This document shows positions 29,577-39,717 of a stretch of 64,000 nt of DNA, piece by piece (the stretch's first letter is position 1; each line of letters opens with the position of its first letter). Source of the stretch: an uncultured cyanobacterium (lineage in GTDB: Bacteria > Cyanobacteriota > Cyanobacteriia > Phormidesmidales > Phormidesmidaceae); NCBI GenBank assembly GCA_963793265.1, contig CAWBZI010000004.1, positions 608,001-672,000 of the forward strand. The letters run 5' to 3'. The notes under the pieces are model-generated. The model had not been told where the DNA came from, made no database searches, and saw only the letters and a program-made list of their open reading frames with translations. Made by a program: the position numbers and the translations under genes.

Positions 29577-30926
29577 ATGGCCTACGATTTTGATCTTTTT
29601 GTAATTGGTGGTGGTTCTGGCGGCATTGCGACCGCGCGCCGGGCGGCTTCTTATGGGGCCAAAGTTGCAGTCGCTGAAAGCGATCGCCTCGGCGGCACCT
29701 GCGTCAACAAAGGCTGCGTTCCTAAAAAGCTGATGGTGTACGCTTCCCGCTTTCCCAAATACGCCTCAGAGTCAGAAGGCTATGGCTGGACGGTAAAACC
29801 GGCTGACTTTGACTGGAATACCATGATTACCGACGTAAATAACGAGGTAAAGCGGCTAAATGCAATCTATCAGCGCATGGTAGATAACGCTGAGGTAAAA
29901 ATATTTCCGGTTCATGCCAAATTGCTAGATCCTCACACGCTAGAAGTGGGTGATGAGAAGGTGACGGCTGAGCGCATTTTGATTGCGGTGGGTGGTAAGC
30001 CAGTGAAGCCTGATATTCCGGGGATTGAGCACGCGATTACCTCTGATGGCATGTTCGAGATGAAAACGCAGCCTAAGCATATGGTGATCTTAGGCGGTGG
30101 CTATATTGGCTGTGAGTTTGCCTCGGTGATGAACCTGCTCGGGACTAAAGTCACACAGGTGATCCGTAAAGAGCAGATTTTGAACGGCTTTGATAAGGAT
30201 GTGCGCAATGAGCTGCACGAGGCGATGGTGAAGCAAGGGATTAATTTGCTGACCAATGCTGAGATCGTAAAGATTGAGAAAACCGCTGAGGGTGTGACGG
30301 TCACCATCAATGACGGTGAGGAGAAGATTATCGTGGCTGATGCGGTGAGCTTATCGGCAACGGGCAGACGGCCTAAGCTAGAGAACTTGGGGCTGGAAAA
30401 TACGGCGGTGGAAACGCACAGAGGGGCGATCGCGGCTGATAAATATAGTCAAACCGCAGAGTCTAGCATTTACGCGATTGGTGACTGCACTGATAGAGTT
30501 AACCTCACGCCCGTAGCGATCAATGAGGGCCGTGCCCTAGCTGATACGATCTACGGTAATAAGTCGCGTGTGATGACTTACGATAATATTCCTTCTGCTG
30601 TATTCACTACGCCAGAATCAGCCAGTGTTGGGGTTACTGAGGACGAGGCGATTGCCGAATACGGTGAAGACAACATTCATGTGTTCCGCTCCCGCTTCCG
30701 CTCGATGTACTACACGCTGCCAAATAAGGACGAAAAAACCTTGATGAAGCTGATTGTGCATACCGAAAGCGATAAGGTGCTCGGCGCTCATATGGTGGGT
30801 GACTATGCCGCAGAGATTATTCAGGGGGTTGCGATCGCTCTCAAAATGGGCGCGACCAAAGCCGACTTCGACAACACGGTCGGTATTCACCCAAGCTCGG
30901 CAGAAGAGTTCGTCACCATGCGTTAA
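29577..30926 (+). CDS. gor: Glutathione reductase
   Basis: GGGSGG, GGTCVNKGC redox disulfide, HPSSAEEFVTMR. Confidence 0.95.
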   Translation: MAYDFDLFVIGGGSGGIATARRAASYGAKVAVAESDRLGGTCVNKGCVPKKLMVYASRFPKYASESEGYGWTVKPADFDWNTMITDVNNEVKRLNAIYQRMVDNAEVKIFPVHAKLLDPHTLEVGDEKVTAERILIAVGGKPVKPDIPGIEHAITSDGMFEMKTQPKHMVILGGGYIGCEFASVMNLLGTKVTQVIRKEQILNGFDKDVRNELHEAMVKQGINLLTNAEIVKIEKTAEGVTVTINDGEEKIIVADAVSLSATGRRPKLENLGLENTAVETHRGAIAADKYSQTAESSIYAIGDCTDRVNLTPVAINEGRALADTIYGNKSRVMTYDNIPSAVFTTPESASVGVTEDEAIAEYGEDNIHVFRSRFRSMYYTLPNKDEKTLMKLIVHTESDKVLGAHMVGDYAAEIIQGVAIALKMGATKADFDNTVGIHPSSAEEFVTMR

Positions 30927-31006
30927 ACACTGGCATTACGGCTGGCGTTAACTTTTCTATTGCACATTCTCAGATAATCGTTGATCCCAGCAAAATCATT
31001 CTCATA

Positions 31007-31040
31007 AAAGCCCGCCTAAAACAACTTTTAGGCGGGCTTC
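31007..31040 (+). terminator. Probable terminator after gor
   Basis: AAGCCCGCCTAAAA-loop-TTTTAGGCGGGCTT hairpin. Confidence 0.7.
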
Positions 31041-31578
31041 TTGTCGCAAACTTAGCTGCTGCTCAGACCGTTAATAGAGTTGTTCTTATCGTTTGTTCGT
31101 TTCACATTGAGGAAACTCAAGAAACTCAATGAAAAGCAGCACAAATACCTACTGAAACAAACCGCCAAACGCCCGCGTCATCAGAGATACATCAAAAATA
31201 TGACTTTAGAGGGGAATGCATGAAAGATATGTGAACTTTGCATGATTAAGGCCAAAATGTTCACTGTGAACCTGTCAAATTAATTTTAGGCCACTACTAT
31301 AGTGAGCGAAGAACAAGTAGTGAGCAAAGAGCAAGTAATGAGCCAGTAATGAGCTAGAAACAGCGGCGACTATGACGCTTCGCAAACGTGCCCTATCCGA
31401 ACAACCGCGAGCCAATAGTCATCGCTAGACTGTCATTAATAGCAGTTTTGTATAAAAGCATGACGACAATCACCACGGCCTCTTTTAGTTATCACAAGCC
31501 ACTGGGTATGTTGTTTATCAAGCATTGCTATTTCCCATTTTCACTACAGAATTTTGAGTTGTTTACAACTCTTTGGTT

Positions 31579-31869
31579 ATGAATTTCTCTCAAGTCAAAC
31601 GTCAAAAGTCCATCGACATTCTGGAGCCTGTTAAGCGCAAAATAGAAAATATTCCCGTCGAGAATCCAGTCACAGCGCACCGCATCGTTTCACTTATCCC
31701 TGCTGACTGTCCTTTTGAAAGAGATCTCAAGCTTTTTGGCCGCGTGATTGCCCACATTCCACCCATGTGCAAAATCAATCCCCTCTACGAACAGCTCACA
31801 ATGCTCCGATTTAAAGCACTTTGCTATCTTGTAGACGAATGTGGTGAAGATATCGCAGCGCTTTCATAA
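31579..31869 (+). CDS. Mo-nitro_C domain protein (cyanobacterial, function unknown)
   Basis: IPADCPFERD...HIPPMCKINPLYEQL...LRFKALCYL. Confidence 0.85.
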   Translation: MNFSQVKRQKSIDILEPVKRKIENIPVENPVTAHRIVSLIPADCPFERDLKLFGRVIAHIPPMCKINPLYEQLTMLRFKALCYLVDECGEDIAALS

Positions 31870-32065
31870 GGCTGCCTAGCCTCAAGATTGCGCTTCAAGA
31901 TTGAATAGAGCTAAAGACCTCCGGTTAGAGGCAGTTCGTTTTTACAGATCGATTTTTCCGAATTAGTGCACTCAGCCGCCTTTTCAATAGTGCTGATTGC
32001 CTAACGCCATAGGTGAAGGGTTCATATAGCCAATCGCCAAACAATTTAAAACACGCATTAAAACA

Positions 32066-33106
32066 TTACACCGTCCAAGACTGGGTGCCATGGGGCGTAA
32101 AGTGAAACCGAGTCACCTGGCCGCCTAATTCTTGAAGCGCTCTCCTGACGTTCATTTTATGTTCGGGATACACCATGAACATGATGAAGCCGCCACCGCC
32201 TGCGCCTGAAACTTTGCCGGAGTAGGCACCTGCTTGCATCGCCGTCTTATAGGCTTTGTCAATTGTGGGGCTAGTGATGCCTTTAGCCACTCGTTTTTTG
32301 GCCTCCCATCCCTTACCCAGTAGCTCAGCCATGAGCAAAGTATTGCCCTTCAAAATGGCCTCTTTCATATCCACAGCGCCCTGCTTAATGGCATGAGTGG
32401 CTGCTAGCGCATCGTCTGAATGAGCCTTAATATTTTCAATTTGCTGATCAATCACAACGGCTGACTTGCGAGAAACGTCAGTGTAGTAGAGCACCAAAGA
32501 ACTTTCTAGCTCATTGATCATCCAGTTCTTGATGCGCAGCGGGTTTACGATAACGCGCTCTTTGTCGTAAAACTCGATGAAGTTGAACCCGCCGAAAGTC
32601 GCCGCGTAAGTATCCTGGCGACCGCCACTGAGGCCCGCATCTATTCGCTCAATTTCGTAGGCGAGTCGGGCAATTTCGTATTCGCCTAAAGGCAGCTTTA
32701 GCCACTCTACGTAGGCGGCTACCATCGCCACAACTAGCGTAGACGATGAACCTAGCCCTGAGCCAGCAGGCGCATCTGAATGCGTTGTCATGCGCAAAGG
32801 CAAAGGCTGATTGTCATTAAACTGGCTAACAATACGGTTATAGACAGCTTTGTGTAAGTCGATAACGCCGTTGAATTCCAGTCGAGGTAGAGCCTCAGAT
32901 TCGTAGTGCTCCTGCCGGTCAGCAGCGGTGAAGATAACTTTGTTGGCATCTGGAGCGTCAGATTCTAACGGTTCGATAGTGCAGTAGGCGTGCATGTCGA
33001 TGGTGGCGTTGAGCACATAGCCGCCATGAAGATCGCAGTAGGGAGAGACATCGGAGCCGCCGCCAGCAATACCGAGTCTGAGAGGCGCGCGTGAACGAAT
33101 GAGCAT
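32066..33106 (-). CDS. hddA: D-glycero-D-manno-heptose-7-phosphate kinase (GHMP family)
   Basis: [37 protein letters not shown]; pathway context. Confidence 0.9.
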   Translation of the reverse strand: MLIRSRAPLRLGIAGGGSDVSPYCDLHGGYVLNATIDMHAYCTIEPLESDAPDANKVIFTAADRQEHYESEALPRLEFNGVIDLHKAVYNRIVSQFNDNQPLPLRMTTHSDAPAGSGLGSSSTLVVAMVAAYVEWLKLPLGEYEIARLAYEIERIDAGLSGGRQDTYAATFGGFNFIEFYDKERVIVNPLRIKNWMINELESSLVLYYTDVSRKSAVVIDQQIENIKAHSDDALAATHAIKQGAVDMKEAILKGNTLLMAELLGKGWEAKKRVAKGITSPTIDKAYKTAMQAGAYSGKVSGAGGGGFIMFMVYPEHKMNVRRALQELGGQVTRFHFTPHGTQSWTV

Positions 33107-33108
33107 AT

Positions 33109-34455
33109 TTAATTAAGTCCGGTGGTCGAAGAAGAAAGTAGGGTAGGCAAATCAGCAATAGAATCTAGAACTAATGAAGCACGAGTAGCCGCTTCATTAA
33201 TAGCGTGACCTGAGCGCACTAGCACAGTGGTGCCGACGCCTGCCGCGCAGCCTGCTTGAATGTCGCTTTCTTTATCGCCCGCTAAAACTGATCGGGCCAA
33301 ATTAATTTGCCAGTCTTTCTCGGCGCGATACAACATGCCTGGGTTCGGCTTGCGATCGGGATGGTCGCGGTGGTAGGGGCCAATGCCATCAGTGGGATGG
33401 TAGGGCGAAAAATAGGTTTGGGTAAGGTGCACGCCTTCGGCTTTGAACTGGCTGTGCATCCAGCTATCGAGCTTTTGAAAGTCAGCTTCGGTGTAGTAGC
33501 CGCGACCGATGCCTGCTTGATTGGTAATCACAATTAGAGCATAGCCGCGCTGCTGAAAAAAACGGCAGGTTTGGAAGGTACCAGGAATAAACTTGAAGTC
33601 TTCAATGCGGTGGAGATAGTGCGTTTCGTAGTTGATCACACCGTCTCTATCTAAGAACAAAGCGGGTTTAATTGATGAAAGGCACAGGCAGGTTAGGCAC
33701 GAGGCAGTTGCTAGCTCTGTTTGGGCTCGGTTGTAGTCTTCAGGAATGCCAATATCGATGAAATAGCCCTCAGAGATGAAGCCGTGAATGTTTAGCTGGT
33801 GCAGGTAAACTTCTAAAAAGTCGGTTTCAAAGGAGAATCGGTGGGGCATGGGCTTTTTGAGCCCGTCGAAGATCGTTTGATTCAGCAGGTAGACGCCGCC
33901 GTTGATCAAGCCTTCTGACTGGTGCTGCTTTTCTTTGAAGCCAATAACACGAGCCTTTTGCGGATCTAAATTTTCTATGCTAGCCGGATCTTGATCTGTG
34001 TCTAAGCAACCCGTATCCAGACAGACAGTGCCGTAGCGGCTGAAGTTATGCATGGGCTTGAGCGCTAGGGTTAGATCAGCCTGGCGCTGCCGGTGCCTAG
34101 CAACCATTGCTTCGATATCAACCTCGAAAAGGGTGTCGCCATTGACCACTAAAACTTCGCGTGATCGCGTATGAGCCAGTGCGTTATAAATAGCGCCGCC
34201 TGTCCCTAAAGGCTCTTTTTCAACCGCGTAGATAATTCTGCGATTGTAGGCGCACGTACCGAAGTAATCCTGCACAATTTCGCGTTTGTAGCCGACCGCG
34301 AGTACGACGCGCTCAATCACAGAGTGGCGCAATAGTTTTTCTAATAAAATATCTAAAAAAGGTACGCCGCCCACGGGAGCCATGGGTTTGGGCATATCTG
34401 TAATGAGCGATCGCAATCGGGTTCCTAAGCCACCGACTAAAACAATAGCGTCCAT
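33109..34455 (-). CDS. Fusion of heptose-1-P guanylyltransferase (HddC-like) and heptose bisphosphate phosphatase (GmhB)
   Basis: N-terminal GGLGTRL...[23 protein letters not shown]-terminal [31 protein letters not shown]. Confidence 0.88.
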   Translation of the reverse strand: MDAIVLVGGLGTRLRSLITDMPKPMAPVGGVPFLDILLEKLLRHSVIERVVLAVGYKREIVQDYFGTCAYNRRIIYAVEKEPLGTGGAIYNALAHTRSREVLVVNGDTLFEVDIEAMVARHRQRQADLTLALKPMHNFSRYGTVCLDTGCLDTDQDPASIENLDPQKARVIGFKEKQHQSEGLINGGVYLLNQTIFDGLKKPMPHRFSFETDFLEVYLHQLNIHGFISEGYFIDIGIPEDYNRAQTELATASCLTCLCLSSIKPALFLDRDGVINYETHYLHRIEDFKFIPGTFQTCRFFQQRGYALIVITNQAGIGRGYYTEADFQKLDSWMHSQFKAEGVHLTQTYFSPYHPTDGIGPYHRDHPDRKPNPGMLYRAEKDWQINLARSVLAGDKESDIQAGCAAGVGTTVLVRSGHAINEAATRASLVLDSIADLPTLLSSSTTGLN

Positions 34456-34535
34456 TTCTATAAAATTATCCAAGCGTGACGGCGTTTAACTGTTGTGTTT
34501 TTTCTAAAAAGAGTTTGCGATAAGCAGTACTTCGA

Positions 34536-35192
34536 CTAGGCGCTAAGCAGAACCGGACTGCTGTAAGCGGGCTGCGTCTCTTGGTCGGCACTCTTATCGG
34601 TATTCTGGCCAAAAAGAATCTCTTCGACGACAGCGCACAGCATATGAACAATCAAAATATGACATTCCTGAACGCGAGGCGTGCTTTTAGACGGAATTTG
34701 AATGCAAACGTCGCAGGCTTGTGCCATTGTGCCGCCTGCAAGCCCGGTTAGTCCGATGGTTTCCATGCCCTGCTGCTGACACTCATCGATCGCCATCAAA
34801 ATGTTTTTTGAATTGCCCGAGGTAGATATGCCTACAAATAAATCGCCGGGCACACCATACGCCTGCGCCTGGCGGCTAAAGACTTTTTCGTAGCCATAGT
34901 CATTGGCGATCGCGGTAATAGCAGAGGAGTTTGCCGTCAGTGCGATCGCTGGAATACCGGGCCTATCAAAGTTAAATCGCCCTGAGAGTTCGGCGGCCAT
35001 ATGTTGAGCATCAGCGGCACTGCCACCGTTGCCTGCAATTAAAATTTTGTTGCCACGCTGATAGACGGCGACGCATTTTTGAGCGGCTCGTTGAATAGCC
35101 GTCATCGCTTCAGGTGAGTCGGCAAGCGCTTGCTTAACCAAAACAGACTCTGCAACCTGTTCTTTTATTAATCGCTGAATAAAGTTTTTCAT
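34536..35192 (-). CDS. gmhA: Sedoheptulose-7-phosphate isomerase
   Basis: GNGGSAADAQH, NDYGY, STSGNS, RVQECH. Confidence 0.95.
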   Translation of the reverse strand: MKNFIQRLIKEQVAESVLVKQALADSPEAMTAIQRAAQKCVAVYQRGNKILIAGNGGSAADAQHMAAELSGRFNFDRPGIPAIALTANSSAITAIANDYGYEKVFSRQAQAYGVPGDLFVGISTSGNSKNILMAIDECQQQGMETIGLTGLAGGTMAQACDVCIQIPSKSTPRVQECHILIVHMLCAVVEEILFGQNTDKSADQETQPAYSSPVLLSA

Positions 35193-35699
35193 GGGGGCGT
35201 AAACGTCCTTCTCTTTTGGGGGCTTGTGGGAGACTTCAAAGGGTGCGCTAACGACAGCCTTTGTACAGTAGGCACGGGGGTAGAACTGTACCTGTAAATA
35301 TTACTGACAGGATCTGAAGGTTCAACGACAGGCCATATAGAGTTTTAGTAGACTTTCATATGTAAGCATGAGGAATAGATAAAGCAAGTACCATAGGGGG
35401 TATTAAATTTCATCAATAGATCTATTGTACGGATGTAGTGTGTAAGAAACTACAGACAACCGTGAAACCACTGTAGTTTTGTATGTGCTAGCCCAAAAGA
35501 TTATGCATGGTGCCTCGTGGAAACTTCGTAAAAGTTGCTTTTGTCTTATTAAAAGGAATATGTGATAGCCCCTGTTATTCAGCTATTACCTTATCAGGCG
35601 ACATAGCTACGTACATTGATTATGCGAGCCTGCCTAACGTAGGCTTAATACGTAGGCTCAATAAATGTGTTGACTTAAGTTTTTAGAGGCAAGATCAGT

Positions 35700-36878
35700 A
35701 TGGCAGTGGGCTTAATCGGGCACTACCTGGGTGCAAAGATGGGCATCGGCGTTTTTGTAGATCGCCTGCTAGGGCCATTAATAGATGAACTTGCTAGGCA
35801 AGGGATAGACGCCAAGGTGATCTGCTCACCGAATGCTTTGCGACAAACGCCTGCGATTGAGGCGCTAAGGGTGCGATCGCCTCATCTGGTGAGCGTACTG
35901 CCCGCGCTAGACTACCCGCCTGTAAAGCGTTTTTTTTGGGTTGCGACCCAGTTTGCGAGCTATTGCCAGCAGGCCGGAATCGATCAGGTCGTTTGGCTGT
36001 CGAACCCGATGGTTTTGCCCTGGCATCCGCCTTCTATTGCGGTGCTACATGATGTAAATGAGTGGAAAGCAAAAGAAAAGTACGGTTCTTTTGTGAAGAC
36101 AACGCTGCGCTCATGGATGTATCTAGAAGCCTCGATACTGTGGGCTAGGAAAATTGTGTGCGTTAGCGATGCCACCACAAGCGACCTGTGTCATTTTCGC
36201 CCGCAGCCTCGCGTACGCAAAAAGGTAAGAACAATTCCTAACGGGTTAGATTCTCCTCTCGCTGGACTTACGCCAACTAAAGTAAACGTGCCGTCAGCGC
36301 CATTTTTATTGTCGGTAGGCCGAATTGATCCAGCCGGGAAACGCCTGCCAGAAGCGGTTGCGTTAGTAGAATCGCTGCGTCAAATCAGCGGGGTACCCTG
36401 GGAGCTACATTTGACTGGCGGCATGAACAAATCCACGCAGCAGGCCGGAGAAGCGTTTATTCGCACTGTTGAACCCATGCCTTGGGTTCATTATCACGGC
36501 TACACCGACGATCCAACGCTGGCAGCTTGGTATAGTCATGCGACCGCAGTTGTTTTCTTATCAGATAATGAAGGATTTGGAAGCCCGGTAGCAGAGGCGG
36601 CTTCGTTTGGACGGCGGGTAATTGTGAGCGCTAATAACCAGGCGACTTTGGGCGCGGGCGGCGATGCGGTGATTCCGGTAGCGCCTGAAGATGCAAAAGG
36701 AGCAGCGATCGCGGTGCTTGAGCAGTTAGGCGCGCGCCGCAAGAGTGAAGCTGGAGCAAATGGCATCAGCGACAGTGAAACGGGTGGTGCGATCGCGATC
36801 GCACCGTCGAAATTATATACCTACGCCGATGCTGCGGTAAGCTACGCAGATGAAATTCAGCACCTTGTAAAGCGCTAA
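35700..36878 (+). CDS. GT4-family glycosyltransferase
   Basis: LHDV, VSDAT, IPNG, EGFGSPVAEA motif. Confidence 0.88.
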   Translation: MAVGLIGHYLGAKMGIGVFVDRLLGPLIDELARQGIDAKVICSPNALRQTPAIEALRVRSPHLVSVLPALDYPPVKRFFWVATQFASYCQQAGIDQVVWLSNPMVLPWHPPSIAVLHDVNEWKAKEKYGSFVKTTLRSWMYLEASILWARKIVCVSDATTSDLCHFRPQPRVRKKVRTIPNGLDSPLAGLTPTKVNVPSAPFLLSVGRIDPAGKRLPEAVALVESLRQISGVPWELHLTGGMNKSTQQAGEAFIRTVEPMPWVHYHGYTDDPTLAAWYSHATAVVFLSDNEGFGSPVAEAASFGRRVIVSANNQATLGAGGDAVIPVAPEDAKGAAIAVLEQLGARRKSEAGANGISDSETGGAIAIAPSKLYTYADAAVSYADEIQHLVKR

Positions 36879-36926
36879 GACCAGTATAATTAAGCACACA
36901 ATACGCTCGAACCGCAGGTTGATTTT

Positions 36927-37451
36927 ATGATCCTGAAATCTCTGAAGTTTCCGCTTTTTCTGCTGACAGTAAGTGCGCTGTCGGGGCTAGGCCAGAGCGC
37001 TCAGGCTCAAAATGTTCAGGCTCAAAGCGTTCAGCTTTGCCAGGACGACGACTTTCCGAGTCGGGCCGGAGAATTTCCTAAGGCGTACGTACAGATTCAA
37101 ACGTCAGGCGATCCGCTGCGGGTTCGAGCTTCTCCGGCAGGGCAGCAAATTGGGCTGATTCCGAATGGTTGGAATGTGAGAGTGCTGGAATGGTCACGCA
37201 ACGGATACTGGGTGAAGGTGACTAGCCAGTACGGCAGTTGGGACAATCGCATGGGGTTTGGCAATGCGCCAGATTTTGCTGAGGGCTGGGTATCGGCGGG
37301 CTACGTGAGAGATATGGGCCGCTCTTGCCAGAAGCCGGGGGCTACCGCGCAGCTATTGCGGCCAGCGGTGTTTGGCTTGCGGCCGGTTGAGGTGCAGAGT
37401 GACTGGCTATTGATGGGGGATATGTTGGCGGCGCGGGTAGCTGGTGGTTAG
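36927..37451 (+). CDS. Secreted bacterial SH3-domain protein
   Basis: Signal peptide (AQA), LRVRASP...IPNG...WVKV...EGWVSAGYV. Confidence 0.75.
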   Translation: MILKSLKFPLFLLTVSALSGLGQSAQAQNVQAQSVQLCQDDDFPSRAGEFPKAYVQIQTSGDPLRVRASPAGQQIGLIPNGWNVRVLEWSRNGYWVKVTSQYGSWDNRMGFGNAPDFAEGWVSAGYVRDMGRSCQKPGATAQLLRPAVFGLRPVEVQSDWLLMGDMLAARVAGG

Positions 37452-39717
37452 CGATGACAGTTTTCGCGTTAAGGATGTTTTAGCGGCGGCGGCGATCGCA
37501 CCGGGTAATCAAGCGCGATTTTATCGGGCCGGGTTGATTGACGATGAGGGTAAGCTCGTCGAAGACTGGCAGGTGGCTCTTTCTCGACTGTGCCCGTTGA
37601 CTAAAGCTGAGGTGCGATCACGTCCTGGTGATTTTCTAGCGCAGGCGAATGATGTTGTTTATCGCGGTACGACTAGCGGCACGACCTCGACTTCTTTTAC
37701 GTATTTTGCGGGCGATCTCTGGAATCAAAAGCGACTTGAGGCGCGACAGCGAAGTTTGGCCTGGTGGAATTTGGATGAACAAACCCCTGTTTTAAATTTG
37801 GCGAGTCGGCTGGGGCCGGTGCGAACTCAGGACAGCAGTTTAGTAGGCCAGATAGACAGCGCTTTTATAGACACTTTGTTGCAGATTGTTCGCGTCGGGC
37901 CAGTGATTTTGAGGGGCTATCCTAGTCGGCTATGTAAAGTGGTGGTGGCGCTTCATCGGCATCAGGTTTTTATCAATACAGAGTCAGTTGTGGCCGTGAT
38001 TGCGACTGGTGAGTGCTTGTTTGCGTTTCAAAGTGCGCTGTTGAGTAAGACGTTTGATGCGCCTGTGGTTAATGAGTATGGCGCGCAGGAGTCGGGGATA
38101 TCGGGGCTGAGCTGCCCGGAGGCGGGGCGGCTGCATTTGGATAGCGATCGCTGTTTGTATGAAATCGTAGACGGACAGCTATTAACAACAGATTTGTACA
38201 ATACAACAATGCCGATGGTGCGATACAGCGGTGGCGATGTGTTGGAAATTTGCGTAGAGCCCTGTACTTGTGGGCGGGCGGGGCTGACAGCGCGGGTGCT
38301 AGGACGGGAGAATGAGGCAATCTTGTTACGAGATAGACAGGTTTGGCCAGGAGAGATTGAACTACCGCCTGTTTCAAAGGTGTTGAGCTATCAAATTCAG
38401 TTGCAAGCTAATAAGCGCCAGGTGTGGGTGCAGCCTGAAACTGGCTTCGATCCCAGTGATTTAGTACCAGTCAGGCTTTGGCTAGAACAGACTTTCGGCG
38501 CGGGTAACACGGAAGTTCTGATAGACTCTCCCTTTATTGACAGCAGTTTTGACGTAGATACACGAGATCTATCGGCTAATAGCTCTCAAGATTGGGTTGA
38601 GCAGGTGAGCGCGCAAAGCTGGTCGATTTGGCTACAGCAGCCTTTGCCTTTAGGAAGGGCTGAAGATATTGCGATACTGCTGAAGCAGATGGTAATGCCT
38701 TGTCATATTGCGGCTGTGGATTTGGAGCGATCGCTCACGCTTACCAATTCTCTAATAAAAAGCGAAGCCGACCCAGATAACACTCTCGAATTCATGAAGA
38801 TTCGGGTATTGCTATGGGCCGTGAGTTCAGCGGCTAGTCACGGCGATGCAGCAGATATTTACCACTCACTTTTGAAGAGATTTGATCAATGGGCTCAGCG
38901 CCAAAAGCGAGCGGAAATTGAGGGTTTTTCGGCATTGGGATTTGATTTACTAGCGCCGTTACTTGTACTAGATACATCAACTGCCCTGCGCTTTTGGCCT
39001 GCGGTGATAGACCAAATTTGGCGCTTCTGGCCTGCCGGGCTGAAGGCAGATACGTTTACAGTGCACCATTATCTAGCGGTTTTAGAGCAGGCCGGGCAAG
39101 TGGCTCAGCGCCAGTCTCATCCTTGGACAGGTGCTTTAAGACCGTTGAGCGCAGTTTTACTAGGAGACTTCCATCAATTTGCCGCCGTGCTGACTATTGA
39201 TACCGTGACTGCTTGGGCCGGTATGGTTCATGTTTGTCCTGAACTGTTTTGTCAGACGATAGATACCACTGATTTTTTCGCCATTTGGCAGGCACAGCGA
39301 AGGGCGCTTTTGGTAAAAGACAGCGCTGCTGTGAGGCGTCAGTTAGATCTGTTGTTTGAGGCGGCTGATTCTCCTGAGCAAATTGCCCGATGCTGGTTAG
39401 AGAAAGGCTATGCGGCGTTGGTTTTTGAGGCGACTTTAGACTCAACAATATGGGCCGAGGTGTTAAGGGAGCATGTTGGTAGCCTGGGGCATCAGAAGTC
39501 GGGTCAGTATGCGGCGAATCCTTTGCCCTGGGTGCCGATTTTGAAAGCGTTAGCGCCAAAGATGATTGCGGCAAATCAGCCTGATATTGCCTATTCTTAT
39601 TTGCTTACAGCAGCGCCGCCGAATCGCTTAGCCTCTATTTTTGACCGGCAAAGTCAGGGCGTGAACGGTAAGCAGTCTGTTATCAGCAGTGCTCGAATAG
39701 CGGACGAGCGACTATGA
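37444..39717 (+). CDS. PaaK/CapK-like adenylate-forming ligase with long unassigned C-terminal region
   Basis: TTSGTTS P-loop, GYPS, TGE, NEYGAQE, TMPMVRYSGGD, CTCGR...GRE. Confidence 0.8.
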   Translation: MVSDDSFRVKDVLAAAAIAPGNQARFYRAGLIDDEGKLVEDWQVALSRLCPLTKAEVRSRPGDFLAQANDVVYRGTTSGTTSTSFTYFAGDLWNQKRLEARQRSLAWWNLDEQTPVLNLASRLGPVRTQDSSLVGQIDSAFIDTLLQIVRVGPVILRGYPSRLCKVVVALHRHQVFINTESVVAVIATGECLFAFQSALLSKTFDAPVVNEYGAQESGISGLSCPEAGRLHLDSDRCLYEIVDGQLLTTDLYNTTMPMVRYSGGDVLEICVEPCTCGRAGLTARVLGRENEAILLRDRQVWPGEIELPPVSKVLSYQIQLQANKRQVWVQPETGFDPSDLVPVRLWLEQTFGAGNTEVLIDSPFIDSSFDVDTRDLSANSSQDWVEQVSAQSWSIWLQQPLPLGRAEDIAILLKQMVMPCHIAAVDLERSLTLTNSLIKSEADPDNTLEFMKIRVLLWAVSSAASHGDAADIYHSLLKRFDQWAQRQKRAEIEGFSALGFDLLAPLLVLDTSTALRFWPAVIDQIWRFWPAGLKADTFTVHHYLAVLEQAGQVAQRQSHPWTGALRPLSAVLLGDFHQFAAVLTIDTVTAWAGMVHVCPELFCQTIDTTDFFAIWQAQRRALLVKDSAAVRRQLDLLFEAADSPEQIARCWLEKGYAALVFEATLDSTIWAEVLREHVGSLGHQKSGQYAANPLPWVPILKALAPKMIAANQPDIAYSYLLTAAPPNRLASIFDRQSQGVNGKQSVISSARIADERL

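Noticed and set aside
31300..31360. Imperfect AGT(G/A)ATGAGC-like repeats
   Set aside because: Short, degenerate and irregular; no supportable function
31579..31869. Nitrogenase gene
   Set aside because: Only the small Mo-nitro_C domain is present; no nif genes in the window
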